From: Anaerolineae bacterium | GTDB lineage: Bacteria > Chloroflexota > Anaerolineae > Aggregatilineales > Phototrophicaceae | NCBI GenBank assembly: GCA_019912985.1 | Contig: JAIOHN010000079.1 | Location: 1 to 60,275, forward strand | Length of the DNA: 60,275 nucleotides | Reading direction: 5' to 3' | In this document: one piece after another, positions 57,557 to 60,275 of the stretch | Position numbering within the stretch: position 1 is the stretch's first letter | Layout: every line of letters begins with the position of its first letter | Notes under the pieces: generated by a model | Databases searched by the model: none | What the model saw: only the letters and a program-made list of their open reading frames with translations | What the model was told of the DNA's origin: nothing | Position numbers and translations under genes: made by a program

Positions 57557-57628
57557 AACATAGCAGAAGAAGTTGACTTCAGAACCCGCCAAATGGCGCA
57601 TATGCGCGTAACTCATTCCTTATATACT
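57557..57628. promoter_or_regulatory. palindrome CGCCAAATGGCG flanked symmetrically at 24 nt by TATGTT (minus strand) and TATACT (plus strand): divergent promoter pair
   Basis: Palindrome 57587-57598. Minus-strand hexamer at plus coordinates 57557-57562, 34 nt upstream of the regulator ATG. Plus-strand hexamer at 57623-57628, facing copZ. Confidence 0.55.
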
Positions 57629-57806
57629 AGGCAAGCTTATACGATACCCGATGCAATAGGGATAGCGGATGCCTTCTGAGCGCAAGTTGAGTGGGATGTT
57701 GTGTACAATTGCTATGCTGACTGTAGCAACTGTACACCCCAAATTTCGGCGTGCGATTTGGTCTCTGTTGAAGGATCAAGGGCATTGGATGCACATCAGC
57801 CTGATC

Positions 57807-57826
57807 TGAATTCGAGTGAATTCGAG
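57807..57826 (+). repeat. tandem duplication of the 10-mer TGAATTCGAG
   Basis: Read directly in the copZ leader. Confidence 0.7.
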
Positions 57827-57913
57827 AAACAGTCCGTTATCAAGATCCGCTCAAAGAACAAGCTATCCTACGGCATCACTTCAAATCTGTAATCCTTAAA
57901 AGGAGATGATACA

Positions 57914-58123
57914 ATGGATAAGAAGTCATTCCAGGTTCCGAACATCGGCTGTGACGGCTGTGTCAAGACAATCAAGAATGAACTGAGCGCGCTGCCGGGC
58001 GTGAAACGCGTCGATGGCGAGGTGGACAGCAAGGTTGTAACCGTTGAATGGGACGATCCGGCCAACTGGGACAAGATTGTTGAGACGCTCAGGGAAATTG
58101 ACTACGCACCCGCCGGGGTATGA
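57914..58123 (+). CDS. copZ: CopZ-like HMA-domain metallochaperone
   Basis: AAGGAG RBS. FQVPNIGCDGCVKTIKNELSALPGVKRVDGEVDSKVVTVEW. Confidence 0.8.
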   Translation: MDKKSFQVPNIGCDGCVKTIKNELSALPGVKRVDGEVDSKVVTVEWDDPANWDKIVETLREIDYAPAGV

Positions 58124-58138
58124 TTACACGACGGTGAA

Positions 58139-58167
58139 CTGGGGTGGTTTCACGAGAACTGCCCCAG
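58139..58167. terminator. possible bidirectional terminator hairpin between copZ and the cytochrome c gene
   Basis: CTGGGG pairs with CCCCAG across a 17-nt loop, followed by CTTTATTT. The stem is short. Confidence 0.3.
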
Positions 58168-58169
58168 CT

Positions 58170-58632
58170 TTATTTCTGAGCACTAACTGCCTCAGTTGCC
58201 TGCCGCTGGCGTGTCCGCTGCTCTTCAGTCCACAGCGTTTGGATGTACGCGATCACCGCTGTGATGTCCTCATCAGACAATTTGTCACCAAACGCGGGCA
58301 TTGGGTAGAAGTCTGAAGGACTGCCCATTCCCCCCTCTCTTACAATCTGGATCAGCAAGTCGTCGTCATGGTGCCAGGTGTGACCGGTCGAGTCGTGCGG
58401 TGGAGCCAGGAAGCGCCCGGTGGCATCTTTGGAAAGCGGGGCCGCCGGATTCTGACCTTCGCCATTCGGACCGTGACAGGAAGCGCAGTTTTTCAGATAC
58501 ACCACCTGTCCCAGTGGAATGGTTTCTTGCTGGGACACAGAACTATTCCCCGACAAAGAAGAGCAGGCACCCATAATGATGCCTGCTACGATCACGCTCC
58601 AAACTCGTAGGCCACTCAATGGCAATACGCCC

Positions 58633-58646
<14 letters not shown>
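58170..58646 (-). CDS. class I c-type cytochrome, probable lipoprotein
   Basis: Lipobox-like IIMGAC. Haem motif CASCHG with a distal Met region (YPMPAF). 14-nt overlap with the ATPase gene. Confidence 0.8.

Positions 58647-60275
<1,629 letters not shown>

Noticed and set aside
57116-57679. 187-aa plus-strand ORF antisense to the NarL-type regulator
   Set aside because: It has no recognisable domain and spans the promoter region. The opposite frame is a canonical response regulator.

Overview
60.3-kb chromosomal segment of a moderately GC-rich bacterium. The gene content (GH57, archaeal-type GAPDH, sortase, DUF3105, SPW/VKOR) suggests a Chloroflexota-like lineage, but I cannot verify this. 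About 60 protein genes are supportable. The window is bounded by two paralogous heavy-metal P-type ATPase genes that both transcribe inward. The CPC motif is visible only in the right-hand copy. Between them the window is rich in small metal-handling proteins: three HMA/CopZ-like, two YHS, two DUF2933, two DUF302, a cupredoxin, SHOCT, and Met-rich PepSY proteins. It also holds thiol-disulfide and envelope-maintenance genes (two TlpA, CcdA, DUF3105, two L,D-transpeptidases, sortase, FG-GAP protein) and three two-component systems. An SPFH (HflK/HflC) module is present, as are central-carbon genes (GH57, CBM48, gnd, gdh, class II gap, pckA). I recognised no rRNA, tRNA, CRISPR array, transposase or integrase. 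The most interesting signal is non-coding. A 12-bp palindrome (consensus CGCCA-TT-TGGCG) sits exactly 24 nt upstream of TAnnnT hexamers in front of at least seven operons. At two loci it has a hexamer on both sides, which gives divergent promoters. One of those loci separates copZ from a NarL-type regulator paired with a histidine kinase that carries a C-terminal YHS metal-binding domain. Other notable items are a CDF-transporter::HflK chimera, an SDR::Met/His-rich::SPW/VKOR fusion and a catalytically degenerate McrB-like P-loop protein in a metal-protein operon. A codon-atypical ABC1-kinase cassette with an in-frame stop is flanked by direct repeats. All calls were made by eye from the sequence and ORF track, without database searches.
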